Source: Camelus dromedarius | Taxonomy: Eukaryota | Direction: 5' to 3' | Assembly (NCBI RefSeq): GCF_036321535.1 | Contig: NC_087437.1 | Span: 80,168,001 to 80,232,000 of the forward strand | Length of the DNA: 64,000 nucleotides | Shown: in pieces, positions 51,540 to 64,000 of the stretch | How the letters are laid out: each line of letters starts with the position of its first letter | How positions within the stretch are numbered: position 1 is the stretch's first letter | Program-made: the position numbers and the translations under genes | Notes under the pieces: generated by a model | Databases searched by the model: none | Told to the model about the DNA's origin: nothing | What the model saw: only the letters and a program-made list of their open reading frames with translations

Positions 51540-52060
51540 AGGAACATTTCTTTTAACTGGAGACATAAAAGTCTACCCCCGTGGAACTTATGTACTACTT
51601 GGACAAACAATAAACAGATAAATAAATTAGACAGAATGTTAAAAGATGATGCGTTCCATAGGGAAAACAAAGGGAAAAAACAGGGTAAAGAAGTGACCGG
51701 AACACTAAGAGCACTGCAATTTTAAACAGGATGGCCCAGTTGTCCTCACTGTGAAGGTAAGATTAGAGCAAGGACCGCAAGAAGGTGAGGAACTTATTTG
51801 GAAGGAAATTCCAGGCAGAAGGAAAGGCCAGTGTAAAGTAAATGTACCTGTAGTAGAAATGTATTTAGTTTTCAGGGAGAATCACCTAGGAGGCCAAGGT
51901 GGCTAGAGCAGAGTCTAAGGTCAGGAATGTAATGAAGTGGGGCAGACCAAGGTGACCGACGATCTCTAGGCCATGGTGAAGACTTTGACTTTACTCTGGA
52001 TGAAATGAAATTGCTGTAGGGTCTTGAGTAAAGTGATGTGATTGACTTGGTTTACGTTAT
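51540..52060 (-). mobile_element. LINE-2 fragment
   Basis: ttccaggcagaaggaaaggccagtgtaaag...ggaggccaaggtggctagagcagagt...taggccatggtgaagactttg. Confidence 0.8.
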
Positions 52061-52565
52061 TATCACTAGATCTATTACAACTTATTAGGTTGCTGGATTA
52101 GATACAAAGTGGTTAATGTCCAACAGGGTCTTAAACCATAATCTTTGGGTTCCACTGGGCAGACATTATTCACCTTTCTACAGAACAAAATCTACCACTG
52201 AGGGCTGAGGTTATTTTCTCTGGAATGTGTATTTTTCATGTTTTTATTTTAAAAATCAAACTAGCAGATGCATTTTGAGTTTCACAAAACTCTGGCAAAC
52301 AGGAGTGGTAGAGCATTTTTATACCTGTTTTATAGTTGATAAAGTATAGAAAAGTAAAGTGACACACTCAAGATTTAAATATATACATTTACAGTAAATG
52401 TGTGTGTGTATATATATATATATAAAATATTTATCTAGTAGATGGGATTGTTAAATCTTTATTTTATTTATTAACCATAGAATTTACTCAGAAAACCTGG
52501 AAATGAGCCTTTAAAGGAACTAAATATTTATGTTGGTCAGAGCAGAAAGGTGAAAAAATAAACCC

Positions 52566-53065
52566 TGTATTTTGGGGGGTCCAGTCATGAGAAGAGAACC
52601 CACACAAGGCAGCCCTTTTTATTCAAGGAACTGGTTATGAAAGTATTGGAAGAGCTGAAAAGCTCAACAAGGTACAATAGAGAAACTCAGAGAGTAGCAA
52701 GAGTATGGCCCTATCACTGGTTCGGCTGGGGAGCCCAGAGGAGGAGGTACCAGAGCTCAGGAGCTGGGCTGCGTGGCAGGAACTGGAACAGGCGGTTACT
52801 GGGACCACAGAGGATGGTCATCCAGAAGGAGCCAGAGCCAAAGGGAAGCTGTAGCCACTGCTGGAGCCCGACGGGGAGAGGATGCAGAGGTACCATGGCC
52901 TCTCCTTTCCTGTCTTTCTTTAACGTCCCACAATGCTTTCTGTTGGCTGAACCTCGATGGCAGCCAGTGAACAATCACAAGGGAGCTTTTGAGGAGCTCC
53001 GCTCCCTGTATTAGAGAGCACGGCGGAGAGGAGTAGGACATGGACCTGAAAACATACGGGCACAA
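52566..53065 (-). mobile_element. Ancient ERVL-class LTR (LTR33/LTR41-like)
   Basis: tgtattttggggggtccagtca...aaggaactggtta...ttggctgaacctcgatggcagccag; family assignment uncertain. Confidence 0.55.
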
Positions 53066-53514
53066 GAATTCAAAAAGCAGATGCCTTAAAGATTTGGCTA
53101 TGATGTCCCATGAGTTCCAAAAGGACCAAAGGAAGTTCAGGAGTTGGGGAGGAACTGGGCATGGTACAATACTGGGAATTTGCCAAATTGTGTGAGAATT
53201 TAAGTGTGGTAGATGAATGGGGACCTGGGAGTCTGGTACTTTATAGCAACCGACACAAACAGGAATTAAGAGAAAAATGAAATTGGTCCTGCTGGACTCC
53301 AGACAGATGGTATTAGTGAGAGATGGGTCCTGGGGTTTATTATTTTTGGCATCAATGTTAGAAAAGGCCTGGGCATATACATAAGCCAAAGGGAAAGAGA
53401 GGCTATGGAAAGTGACAGAGATGGATAATGCAAAATGAAAAAAGGAAAGAAAGGAAGGAGAAAAAAGGAGGGGAGAGGGAAGGGGAGGGCAGGGAAGAGA
53501 AAGAAAGAAACAAA

Positions 53515-53880
53515 GAGAGAAAGACAAATACACTATGTTATCACTCTCATGTGGAATCTTAAAAAATAGAACAAACTGGTGAATATAACAAAACAGAAAC
53601 AGACTCACAGATATAAAGAACAAATTGGTGGCTACCAGTGGGGAGAGGGAAGAGGGGAGGGGCAAGACAGGGGTAGTGGACTAAGAAGTATGAACCACTA
53701 TGTATAAAATAAATAAGCTACAAGAATATATTGCACAGCACATGGAATATAGCCAATATTTTATAATAATCATAAATGGAGTATAACCTATAAAAATTTT
53801 GAGTCACTATTGTGTACACCTAAAACTAATGTAATCTTGTAAATCAACTATACTTCAATTTTTAAAAAGAAAGAAAGAAT
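53515..53880 (+). mobile_element. LINE-1 3' end (cetartiodactyl-type 3'UTR)
   Basis: gaaagacaaata...tgtggaatct...cagactcacagat...tgtaaatcaactatacttcaat and an A-rich tail. Confidence 0.9.
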
Positions 53881-53887
53881 TAAAATT

Positions 53888-54050
53888 TTTTGTGACTATG
53901 TAAGGTGACAGATGTTAGCCAGACTTATTGTGGTGATCATTTTGCAATAATATACAAATATCAAATCAGTATGTTATACACCTAAAACTGACATATTATA
54001 TGTCAATTATATCTCAGTAAAGAAATAAGAGAAATAAATAGAAAAAAAAA
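53888..54050 (+). mobile_element. Older LINE-1 (L1MA9-like) 3' terminus
   Basis: acttattgtggtgatcattttgcaata...tatatgtcaattatatctcagtaaa and an A-rich tail. Confidence 0.85.
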
Positions 54051-55289
54051 GGATAGCTAATAAACTATGGCAGATAAGTGTCTCAGTCTACAAATTCTGA
54101 TGTATAAGAGACATTTCATTTTTTCTAAACTCCACTCTCTTTCTTGGTTTACCATTCCAGTGGGGTAGTAGAAATGCAGAGAAAATTTCCCTGAGTTTTG
54201 TTTTCATATAAATTCTGGAATCTCACCTAGTGCTAAGGTATGGATGTGCAAGTGTACATGGTTGATGTGTACATGTGAGGCTGGAGTGTGGTGTGTGTGT
54301 GTCTGCCACTGGGGTGGGGAAATTGAAGGAGCACTTGCATTTGAACCTCAAAGGCATCTCTCCACACTGGCGTCTGCTGACCCATCCATTATCACATCTC
54401 GTCCTTGGTGGCTGGTACATCTGGTTACCTGAAAAAACATCCTTTGTATCTATCTGCATCGTCCCTTCAGAAACTCCTTCTGCACCATCCTTGGATACAA
54501 AGGCATCACCTATTACTACCCTCACCACAAATCAGTGTGAAAAACTCTCTGAGGCTACCCACATCCCATCTGGCTAGAGTAATACCACGGAACCATTCTC
54601 TCTAATGTATCACCACCTGCCCAGCGCTCCAAAGGGAAGTGAGTTATAGGCCCTTTCTGCTCTCAGATCACACAAGCTTTTCGGAGCTGTCACCATAGCC
54701 CCCGGCTTGACTCAGAGCAGGACACAGGACCTTCCTCAGAAACCCCCAGTCTTTCCTGCCTTTCCTCATCCATTTCTATTCTGACAGCCCAAGGAGTCCT
54801 TAGTGGTGAGGGAAGGGAACAGTGACAAGTCATATTCCTCACTACTCGAGCCACCTCTGTCTAGGTCTCTCTCTCCCTCTAATCACCAGGAAGAAAACAA
54901 AAATCTCGAAGCCTTCTCCTCCTTCTCCTGAGACAGTGAATATGGGCTAGTAATTTTTCTGCAGGCAAGGAAGAGACAAAGAGGAGAAAGAAAGTACCTG
55001 AGGGTAAAAAAAACACTGGTTAATATTTCAAAATATCATACCCCACAGAATCAAGTTCTGAGAGAAGGCGGCGGGCTGAGCTCAGAATTACAGAGGAGAG
55101 GAGAAAGCTTGGGAGTAAAGGAACATTTGGAGATGGAGATTACAATTCAGCTAAATGGCTGTATCTTCTTAAATGTTTCCCTTTCATGGGATGGATCTTC
55201 TCCATCAGGACAAGGATGAAAGCACTTTCTGGGAGTAAAATGAGACAAAGTTGGAGAAAACTTAACGAAAAAGAAATCACCTGTGCGAG

Positions 55290-55480
55290 CTCTGTGCAAC
55301 ATAATCACGTGAATTTCTCACAACAAATGGGCAAGGTTGAAATCATAATTCTCTTTCACAAATGAGGAAACTCAGGTAAAGAAAGGTTTGGAATTTGTCC
55401 CAAGTCACACAGACCAGTGCAGGTGCTGTGAAGGCTTGAGGTGAGTGAAAAGATTTAGTCCCCCAAGCTCACGGCTTGCT
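55290..55480 (-). mobile_element. MIR SINE
   Basis: tttcacaaatgaggaaactcagg...ttgtcccaagtcacacag. Confidence 0.75.
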
Positions 55481-55608
55481 TCTTCTCTCACAACAGAGCT
55501 TAAAAATAAAGCTTGTCTTCAAGTATGCAAAACGCTTTAATTAGTAATAAAATATTTTTGTGTCTTTGACAATAGCTGTTATCTGGCTTGAGAAAATGAA
55601 AGCAGGAC

Positions 55609-55619
55609 ATGACTCAGCA
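55609..55619 (+). promoter_or_regulatory. ARE / NF-E2 / AP-1 motif
   Basis: ATGACTCAGCA, an exact RTGASTCAGCA match. Confidence 0.4.
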
Positions 55620-56259
55620 TGGAAAACTAGGACGTGTCTTGTGGGAACATGTTTTCTATAGTAACCTAGAAGACTCCAATTTTGCTGGGGCTTCTAAGGG
55701 CTAATTAGTCACGCTTCCTTAGAAACACCTATGCCTCCATCACATAACTCCTAAATACAGTACCCTTGTCCCAGCCCCTCGAGCGACTGGCCTGCGCACA
55801 TACTGCTGCCGGGATTTGTGTCCCGGGGTCAAGCCAGATGGGTAGAGGTGGAGTATGTTACAAAACAGCCAGCAGCAGGAAGCGCCAGGGCTGCGTCATT
55901 GCTCAGTCTCTGGAGAGCACCGAAAATCAAGCACAGGAAACAAGAATTCAGTCTTGGAGTTTAATGCGGATCGGAAACCAGGCACAAGGTCTGAAAGTCA
56001 GAAGCTGGTAGAAGTAGCACAGAATTGAAAATAACGTTCAGGGAGAAGCTTGGACTTCCATTCTTTATAAACAATCAACCATCGGTATTACCAAAGAAAT
56101 CGGCAAGCTTTAGAGACCATCACCGATGTAAAAATTTCTTAAGTCTCTCTTTTCATTTGCTAAATAAATAGGGGTCATACGAGGCGTATCATTTTATAAT
56201 CTGATTTTTCCCTTAATATATCATGAATATGCCCCTTTATTTCTCAGCCAACAGCAGTT

Positions 56260-56720
56260 TGGTTTTTACCACCAATGCTCCATTGCCTGCCCTGGCCCAG
56301 GAAGCCAGTGATGTAATAACTGCTAGACCTAATGGCCACTTCCAGTTCTGGATCACTTGCCTTGTCCTCCTCGGCCGCTCCTTCCATAAAGAACATGCCT
56401 GCTCTGACCGCCTCCACATTCCTCTATCCTCGTTCTCCCTTCACCTCTGGCTGCTCCCTCTGATCCCTTTCACAATTATTTTCTTCTGATAATCTCTGAA
56501 TATGAAAGACAGACATTCTGGAAACATGGCTCTCTCATCTTAAACACTCTTCTTAGACACTCTCTTTTACTGACCATCTCCACAATTTGACCCACAAAAT
56601 CAAAATCTCAGCTTTGCCCCTCTCCTTAACTCTAGACTCTTAGCTATAATTCAACACAGATTGTCCACTGACTTGTTAAACTCAATGTGCCCAAAGCAGA
56701 ACTTTTTCTTCTTCTTTCTC
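56260..56720 (+). mobile_element. LINE-2 fragment
   Basis: tgctagacctaatggccacttc...aaactcaatgtgcccaaagcagaact. Confidence 0.7.
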
Positions 56721-56809
56721 AAATATGAAGGTATCTCCCTTTAAGCTTGGAGACAGGAAACCCTCACAGCGTCACCTTGCCTCTTCGCCTTGGTAGTGTT
56801 AATTAACAC

Positions 56810-57010
56810 AGGGCTAACATTGACTGAACTCAAATACTATGTCAACAGCTTTATAGACATGATTTTATTTAATCCTCACAAAGCACTTTACATCAAGGAA
56901 AGGGAAGCTTAGGAGAGTAAAGACACTTGCTCAAGGACACCCAGGAAGTAAGTGCAGAGCTAAGAGTCTTACCAGTTTGTCTCCAGAGCCCATAGCTTGT
57001 ACTCCAGCTC
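56810..57010 (-). mobile_element. MIR SINE
   Basis: ttatttaatcctcaca...acttgctcaaggacacccaggaagtaagtgcagagc...ctccagagccca. Confidence 0.8.
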
Positions 57011-57734
57011 CACATTTTTATGAAAAGACTCAAATAAGCCTGGGCTTTTGCAGAAGGAATTTTCACTTAGAAACCATGTGAAAGGAAAACAAAATTCAAA
57101 ATGTAAGAATGGATTGAGGTACAAAGCATATATTGTTTTTTCAAATGTTAATAGTGTCTACCTGCATCGACCTAGCCAGCTTAGCTTGGCACCCTGCCCT
57201 GGTCCTTCTCCTCACCACAGTCCTCTCTTTTGGCTGTTAGACCGAATCAAACAGACTCTTTGCCCAAGGAAAGACCTGGGCAAAGAGTTCAACTTCTTCA
57301 AAATGCTGCTCATTAGAATTAGCCTGCTAGTGACGGTGTATATAAGGGCTCCTCTTATGTTCTGATTTGGTCCTCTGAGCCCAGCCCCATCCCCTGCAGT
57401 AAGGAGAATGCTTCCCTACCCTACCACTGAGCCTCAGACTCCTCTGAAACTACCTCCTCCTTCTCCCCCTAACTGACTCACACCTTGGAATTTCTAATGC
57501 TTCTACAACTCATTCTTGTGTGTGCTATTTGGTACTGAATGATGTATTTGACTAAGTGATTTCTGATGGTGGTGAGACCCCTTAGTAAAGACCAATCTGT
57601 TGTGGCCTTCTGGTGGCTTTGTTGCCCAGACACTATTATCCTTCAGCCAACCTGGCTTTGTCAGCTCCCACCAGCCACCAACTGACTTCTGCTCCCATCC
57701 CCAAGGCCTAGAAGGAGACTTCTTAATTATTTCA

Positions 57735-60700
57735 CCATTTATTTAATTGAAGTATAATCACTTACAATGTATCAATTTCTGATGTGCAGCACAATGTCCC
57801 AGTCATGCATATACATACATATATTCATTTTCATATTCTTTTTAATTAAAGGCTATTACAAGATATTGAGTAGAGTTCCCTGTGCTATACAGAAGAAATT
57901 TGGGGGTTTTTTAATCTATATATATAGAGAGAGGCTAACATCTGCAAATCTCAAATTCCCAGATTTATCCCTTCCCACTCCCTTTCCCCTGGTAATCATA
58001 AGGTTATTTACTATGTCTGCAAGTCTGTTTCTGTTTTGTAGATGAGTTCATTAGTGTCCTCTTTTTTCTTTTTTTTTAGAGTCCACATATGAGTGATATC
58101 ATATGATATTCTTCTTTCTCTTTCTGGCTTACTTCACATAGAATGATGATCTCCAGGTCCATCCATGTTGCTGCAAATGGCATTATTTGATTCTTTTTTA
58201 TGGCTGAGTAGTATTCCATTGTATAAATATACCACTTCTTCTTTATCCAGTCATCTGTTGATGTACATTTAGAATGTTTCCATTTCTTGGCTATTGTATA
58301 TACTGCTGCCATGAACACTGGGGTGCAAGTATCTTTTCGAATTAGAGTTCCCTCTGAATATATGCCCAGGAGTGGCGTTGCTGGATCATACGGTAAGTCT
58401 ATTTTTAGTTTTTTAAGGAATCTCCATACTATTTTCCATAATGGCTGCACCAAATTACATTCCCAACAGTGTAGGAGGGTTCCCTTTTCTCTACACCCTC
58501 TCCCGCATTTATCGTTCGTGGACTTTTGAGAGATGGCCATTCTGACTGGTGTAAAGTGATAACTTACTGTAGTTTTGATTTGCATTTCTCTGATAATTAG
58601 TGATATTGAGCATTTTTTTATGTGCCTATTGGCCATTTGTATGTCTTTACTGGAGAATTGCTTGTTTAGGTCTTCTGCCCATTTTTGGATTTGTTTGTTT
58701 GTTTTTTATTATTAAGTTGTATAGGCTGTTTATATATGCTCGAAATTAAGCCTTTGTCCATCACATCATTTGCAAATATTTTCTCCCATTTCATTGCTTG
58801 TTGTTTTGTTTTGCTTATGGTTTCCTTTGCTCGACAAAAGCTTATTAGTTTAATTAGGTCTTATTTGTTAATTTTTGCTTTTATTTCTATTGCCTAGGAG
58901 AACATTGCTAAGATTTATGTCAGACAATGTTTTGCCCATGTTTTCTTCTAGGAGATTTATAATATCTTGTCTAATGTTTAAGCCTTCAAGCCATTTTGAG
59001 TTTATTTTTGTGTATGGTGTGAGGGAGTGTTCTAACTTCATGGATTTACATGCTGCTATCCAGTTTTCCCAACACCACTTACTGAAGAGACTGTCTTTTC
59101 TCCATTGTATATTCTTGCCTCCTTTGTCAAAGATTAATTGACCATAGGTCTGTGGGTTTATTTCTGGGCTCTCTATTCTGTTCTATTGATCTATATGTCT
59201 GTTTTTATGCCAATACCGTGCTGTTTTGATAACTGTAGCTCTGTAGTATTGTCTGAAGTCTGGGAGGGTTATTCCTCCAGCTTCGTTCTTTTTCTTCAGT
59301 AATGCTTTGGCAATTCTGGGTCTTTTGTGATTCCATATCAATTTTATTATGATTTTTTCTAGCTCTGTGAAAAATGTCCTGGGTAATTTGATAGGGATTG
59401 CATTAAATCTGTAGATTGCCTTGGGTAGTATGGCCACTTAACAATATTGATTCTTCCAATCCAAGAGCATGGGATAGCTTTTCTTTTCCTTAAGTCATCT
59501 TTAATTTCCTTAATCAATGTTTTGTAGTTCTCCATGTATAAGTCTTTCACCTCCTTGGTCAAATTTATTCCTAAGTATTTTATTGTTTTGGATGCAATTT
59601 TAAAAGGGATTGTTACTTTCTTTTCCTGCTATTTTATTGTTAATGTAAAGAAATGCAACTGATTTCTGTACGTCAATCTTGTATCCTGCTACCCTGCTGA
59701 ATTCTTTTGTCAGCTCTCAGTTTTTGTGTGGAGCTTTTAGGGTTTTCTATATATAGTATCATGTCATCTGCATATAGTGAAAATTTTACCTTTTCTCTTC
59801 CAATTTGGATCCCTTTTGTTTGTTTTTCTTGCCTGATTGCTGCGGCTAGGACTTCCAAGACTATGTTGAATAGAAGTGGTGAGAGTGGGCAACCTCATCT
59901 TGTTCCAGATTTTAGTGGGAAGGCTTTCAGTTTTTCACAGTTGAGTATATGTGGGTTTGTCATAAATAGCTTTTATTATGTTGAGATATGTTCCCTATAT
60001 ACTTACTTTGGTAAGAGTTTTTTATCATAAATGGGTATTGAATTTTATCAAATGTTTTTTCTGCATCTATTGAGATGATCATGTGATTTTTGTCCTTTCT
60101 TTTGTTGATGTGGCGTATCACATTGATTGATTTGCATATGTGGAAGCATCCTTGTGTCCCTGGCATGAATCCAACTTGATCATGGTGTATGATCTTTCAT
60201 ATGTGGTGCTGGATTCTGTTTGCTAATATTTTGTTGAGGATTTTTGCATCTATGTTCATCAGTGATATTGGTCTGTAATTTTCTTTTTTGGTAGTGTCTT
60301 TGTCTGGATTTGGTATCAGGGTAATGGTGGCTTCACAGAGTGAGTTTGAAAGTACTCCCTCCTTTTCAATCTTGGAAGAGTCTGAGAAGGATCGATGTGA
60401 GTTCTTCTTTGTATGTTTGGTAGAATTCCTCAGTAAAGCCATCTGGTCCAGGACTTTAGCTTGTAGGGAGGTTTTTTTTATTGCTGATTCTATTTAATTT
60501 CTAGTGATTGGTCTGTTCAAATGGTCCATTTCTTCTTGATTCAGTCTTGGTGGGCTGTATGTTTCCAGAAACTTGTCCACTTCTAGGTCGCCCAATATGT
60601 TTCCATATGGTTGTTTATAGTATTCTCTTACGGTTTTTTGTGTTTCTGTGGTATCGGTTATAACTTCTCCATTTTCCTTTCTTATGTTTTTTATTTGTGT

Positions 60701-61740
60701 TCTCTCGTTTTTCTTCTTGATGAGCCTGGTCAGAGGGTTGTCAATTTTGTTTACTGGTTCAAAAAACCAGCTCTTGGTTTGATTGATTTTTTTCTGTTTT
60801 TTAAAAATCTCTTGTTTTATTTATTTCCTTCCTGATCTTTATTATTTTCTTCCTTCTGCTGGCTTTAGGTTTTATTTGCTCTTCTTTTTCTAATTCTTTT
60901 AGGTGATAGGTTAGATTATTTACTTGAGATTATTCTTGTTTTTTGAGGAAGGCCTGAATCACTATGAACTTCTCTCTTAGGACTGCTTTTGCTACATCCC
61001 ATAGATTTTGTGTAGTTGTATTTGCTTTGTTGTTTGTCTCAAAGTATTTTTTCATTTCTTCTTTGATTTCATCATTAACCCATTGGGTTTTTTGTAGCAT
61101 GTTGTTTAATCTCCATGTTGTTTTTTTTCTCTCTCTCTCTCTCTTTTTTGTTTTTCTGTGGTTGATTTCTAGTTCCATGGCATTGTGGTCAGAAAAGATG
61201 CTTGAAATAATTTCTATCCTCTTAAATTTGTTGAGGCTTCTTTTGTGCCCAATTGTATGATCTATCCTAGAGAATGTTCCATGCACACTTGAAAAGAATG
61301 TATATTCTGATTTGGGGGGATGTAATGTCCTAAAAATACCCAGCAAGTTCAACAGTTCTATTGTGTCATTTAGTATCTCCATTGCCTTATTAATTTTCTG
61401 TCTGGAAGATATGTCCAATGATGTTAATGGGGTGTTAAAGTCTCCTACTATGATTGTGTTCCCATCAGTTTCTCCCTTCATGTCAGTTAGTATTTGCTTT
61501 ATGTATTTAGGTGCTCCTATACTGGGTGCATATATGTTAAGGAGTGTAATATCCTCATCTTGTATTGCTCCTTTAATCATTATATAGTGTCCTTCTTTAT
61601 CTTTCTTTATGGACTTTGTTTTAAAGTCTATTTTGTCTGAAATCAGTATTGCTACTCCTGCTTTCTTGTCATTTCCATTTACATGAAGTATCTTTTTCTA
61701 TCCTCTCACTTTCAATCTATGCGTGTCCTTCACCTTAAAG
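57735..61740 (-). mobile_element. 5'-truncated LINE-1 (about 4 kb): most of ORF2 plus 3'UTR, inactivated
   Basis: Ordered minus-strand ORF2 pieces: endonuclease (60930-61580, NIYAP, GDFNTPL, SDHNAM), Z/RT (60197-60442 [13 protein letters not shown]; 59673-59858 LYADDM), and C-terminal Cys-rich part (58076-58636); multiple frameshifts. Confidence 0.97.
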
Positions 61741-61841
61741 TTACTCTACCAGTTTTTAAGCCACTGTCTTTCCACTGGTCTTTCTTAGGATTTTTTTCTG
61801 ATTCTCAGCTCATTTGCAAGGCCCTGTTACTTATGTTTATA

Positions 61842-63349
61842 CAGTAATTCTCCCTTATTTGTGGTTTTGCTTTCCAGTTTCAGTTACCTATGTTCAACAA
61901 CAGTCCAAAAATATTAACTTGAATATTCTAGAAATAAACAACTCATAAGTTTTAAATTATGAGCCATTCTAAATAGCATGGTAAAATCTCACACCATCCC
62001 ATTCCATCCAGCCTGGGATGTGATTCATCCCTTTGCCCAGCATATCCTGCTCTTTAGTTACTTAGTAGCCACCTTGGTTATCAGATGGACTGCCATGGTG
62101 TCACAGTACTTGTATTCAGGTAACCGTTATTTTACTTGATAATGGCCCCAAAGCAAGAGAGTAGTGATGCTGGCAATTGGGATATGCCAAAGAAAAGCCA
62201 TAAAGTGCTTCCTTTAAGTGAAAAACTGAAAGTTTTTGACTTAATAAGGAAAGAAAAAAATATCATATGCTGAAAGTGCTGATCTACAATAAGAACAAGT
62301 CTTCTGTGAAATTGTTAAGAAGAAAAAAGAAATTCATGCTAGTTTTGCTGCCAAAAATCAAACTGCAAAAGTTACGGTCACAGTGCAATAAGGGCTTAGT
62401 TAAGACAGAAAAAGCACTAAATTTGTATAACAAGATATTTTGAGAGAGAGAGAGACCACATTCACATAACTTTTATTATAGTATTATTGTTATAATTTTC
62501 CTATTTTATTAGTTATTGTTGTTAATATCTTACTGTGCCTAATTTAGAAAGTTTATCGTAAGTATGTTGGAATAGGGAAAAAATATAGTATATATATATA
62601 GGGTTTGATACTATCCAAGATTTCAGGCATCTACTGGGGGTCTTGAAATGCAACCCTCTAAAATAAGGGGGAGCTACTAACTCTTCAAGTTAGTGTTTTT
62701 GTTTTTTTTGGATAAATGACCAGGAGTGGAACTGATGAATCATATGGTAGCTCTATTTTTAATTTTTGTAGGAACCTCCATAATGTTTTCCATAGTGCTG
62801 CACCAATTTACATTCCCACCAACAGTGTACAAAGGTTCCCTTTTCTCCACATCTTCACTAACACTTGTTATTTGTTGTCTTTTTGATAATAGCCATTCTA
62901 ACATATGTGATATGACATTTCATTGTGGTTTTGATTTACATTTCTCAGATGATTAATGATGTTGAGCATCTTTTCATGTACCTGTTAGCCATCTGAATGT
63001 CTTCTTTGGAAAAATATCTATTCAGATCTTTTGCCCATTTTTTAAATCAAATTGTTCAGGTTTTGAGGGGAGGAGTTGTTTTAGTTCTTTATATATTTTG
63101 GATATTAGTCCCTTGTCAGATATACAACTTGTAATCATTTTGTCCAATTCAGTAGACTGCCTTTTAATTTTGTTGATAGTTTCCTTTGCTATGTAGAAGC
63201 TTTTTAGTTTGATATAGTCCCACTTATTTACTTTTGCTTTTGCTGCTTTTGCTTTTGGTGTCAGATTAAGAAAACCACCTCTAAGACCTGTATCAAGGAG
63301 CATGTCACCTATCTTTTCTAGGAGTTTTATGGTTAAGGGGGGACTACTG
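61842..63349 (+). mobile_element. Tigger7/MER44-like Tc1-mariner element, including an inserted L1 fragment
   Basis: TA-cagtaattctccctta (61842-61857) and taaggggggactactg-TA (63334-63349) are inverted termini with TA TSD; transposase N-terminus remnant MPKKSHKVLPLSEKLK near 62183. Confidence 0.9.
62680..63333 (-). mobile_element. Internal LINE-1 ORF2 fragment (C-terminal part), no 3'UTR or poly(A)
   Basis: ORF 63022-63354 reads [31 protein letters not shown]...[16 protein letters not shown]. Confidence 0.92.
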
Positions 63350-64000
63350 TACAAGCATTAATTGAATACCTACTATTATGTCAACCACTGTGCTTTGAGA
63401 TTCTGTGAAAGTTCAGGGACAATAAGAAACACTCCCTGGACTCTAGGAAATGCCTGTCTGAGAACCAATGATCATACAGATTATACAAGTAAGTGAACCA
63501 AATGCTCAGTGAAGTCTGAGAATGGAGTCTCCAAGATGAAATGTTGGCCTTGTAGTACAGAGGTCTTACGAGCACTATACCTAATGTTCCCACTCATTAT
63601 TCTATCTCAATCCCTAGCAGGTACCTAGCATAGAGCCAGTCCTCAGTAAGTAATTTTAAATAAATAATTATATCCACTTGCAAACTCCAGATGATCTGAG
63701 TTACATTATTCAGATGTCACAGAGCCAAACCAGATAAATTAGAGCACTTTTAAACTGTGTTTAAGCAGTGTGATTCATGAAAATAATTCCAATGTCAGGC
63801 TGGCCCTGAAATCAGTGAAGCATCTCAACCCTGCTGGCTTCTCCACCTGCCTACACAGCTTATCTCTAATGAAGATGTCTTATTGATCCTCAGGTTTGAC
63901 CAGGCACGCAAGCCTTTGTGCAATTTTTGTGCAGACTCTGTTTTGAATATCTCCAGATACAGAAGATTCACTTCCCTTCAAGGCTCTGTAGAGCTCAGAC

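Noticed and set aside
52398..52424. (TG)n(TA)n microsatellite
   Set aside because: Short, commonplace simple repeat
52796..53665. Longest ORF in the track (289 aa, minus strand)
   Set aside because: It runs antisense through an L1 3'UTR, a low-complexity purine tract and an old LTR; biased composition and no recognisable domain
58076..61580. Endonuclease and reverse-transcriptase ORFs as a functional or novel RT system
   Set aside because: Ordinary L1 ORF2, split by many frameshifts and stops and lacking ORF1 and promoter
57727..61755. Candidate TSD for the 4-kb L1 (ttatttcacca / ttactctacca)
   Set aside because: Too many mismatches to call with confidence

Overview
Non-coding, repeat-rich mammalian DNA. 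It is most likely camelid (alpaca/llama/camel), based on a tRNA-derived vic-1-like SINE at 45461-45586 and a cetartiodactyl-type L1. I found no protein-coding gene, structural RNA gene or CRISPR array that I can support. Every ORF with a recognisable protein is a broken LINE-1 ORF2 fragment, and a decayed hAT/Charlie transposase is visible by manual translation. Much of the window is interspersed repeats: L1 of several ages, L2, MIR, MaLR/ERV solo LTRs, and hAT and Tigger DNA transposons, often nested. The repeat-poor stretches hold the best leads: a divergently oriented cluster of CTCF-like motifs (34.1-43.4 kb), a tandem REST/RE1-like site (28.05 kb), paired ARE motifs (55.6-55.9 kb) and an orphan 222-nt exon-like segment (23.1-23.3 kb). 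Repeat oddities include a young solo LTR with a bulged hairpin at its predicted +1, and an L1 fragment flanked by a duplicated Tigger terminal repeat. Repeat family names come from my recollection of consensus sequences, not a database search. Boundaries without a stated TSD or terminus are approximate. I do not see evidence of a new multi-gene system.
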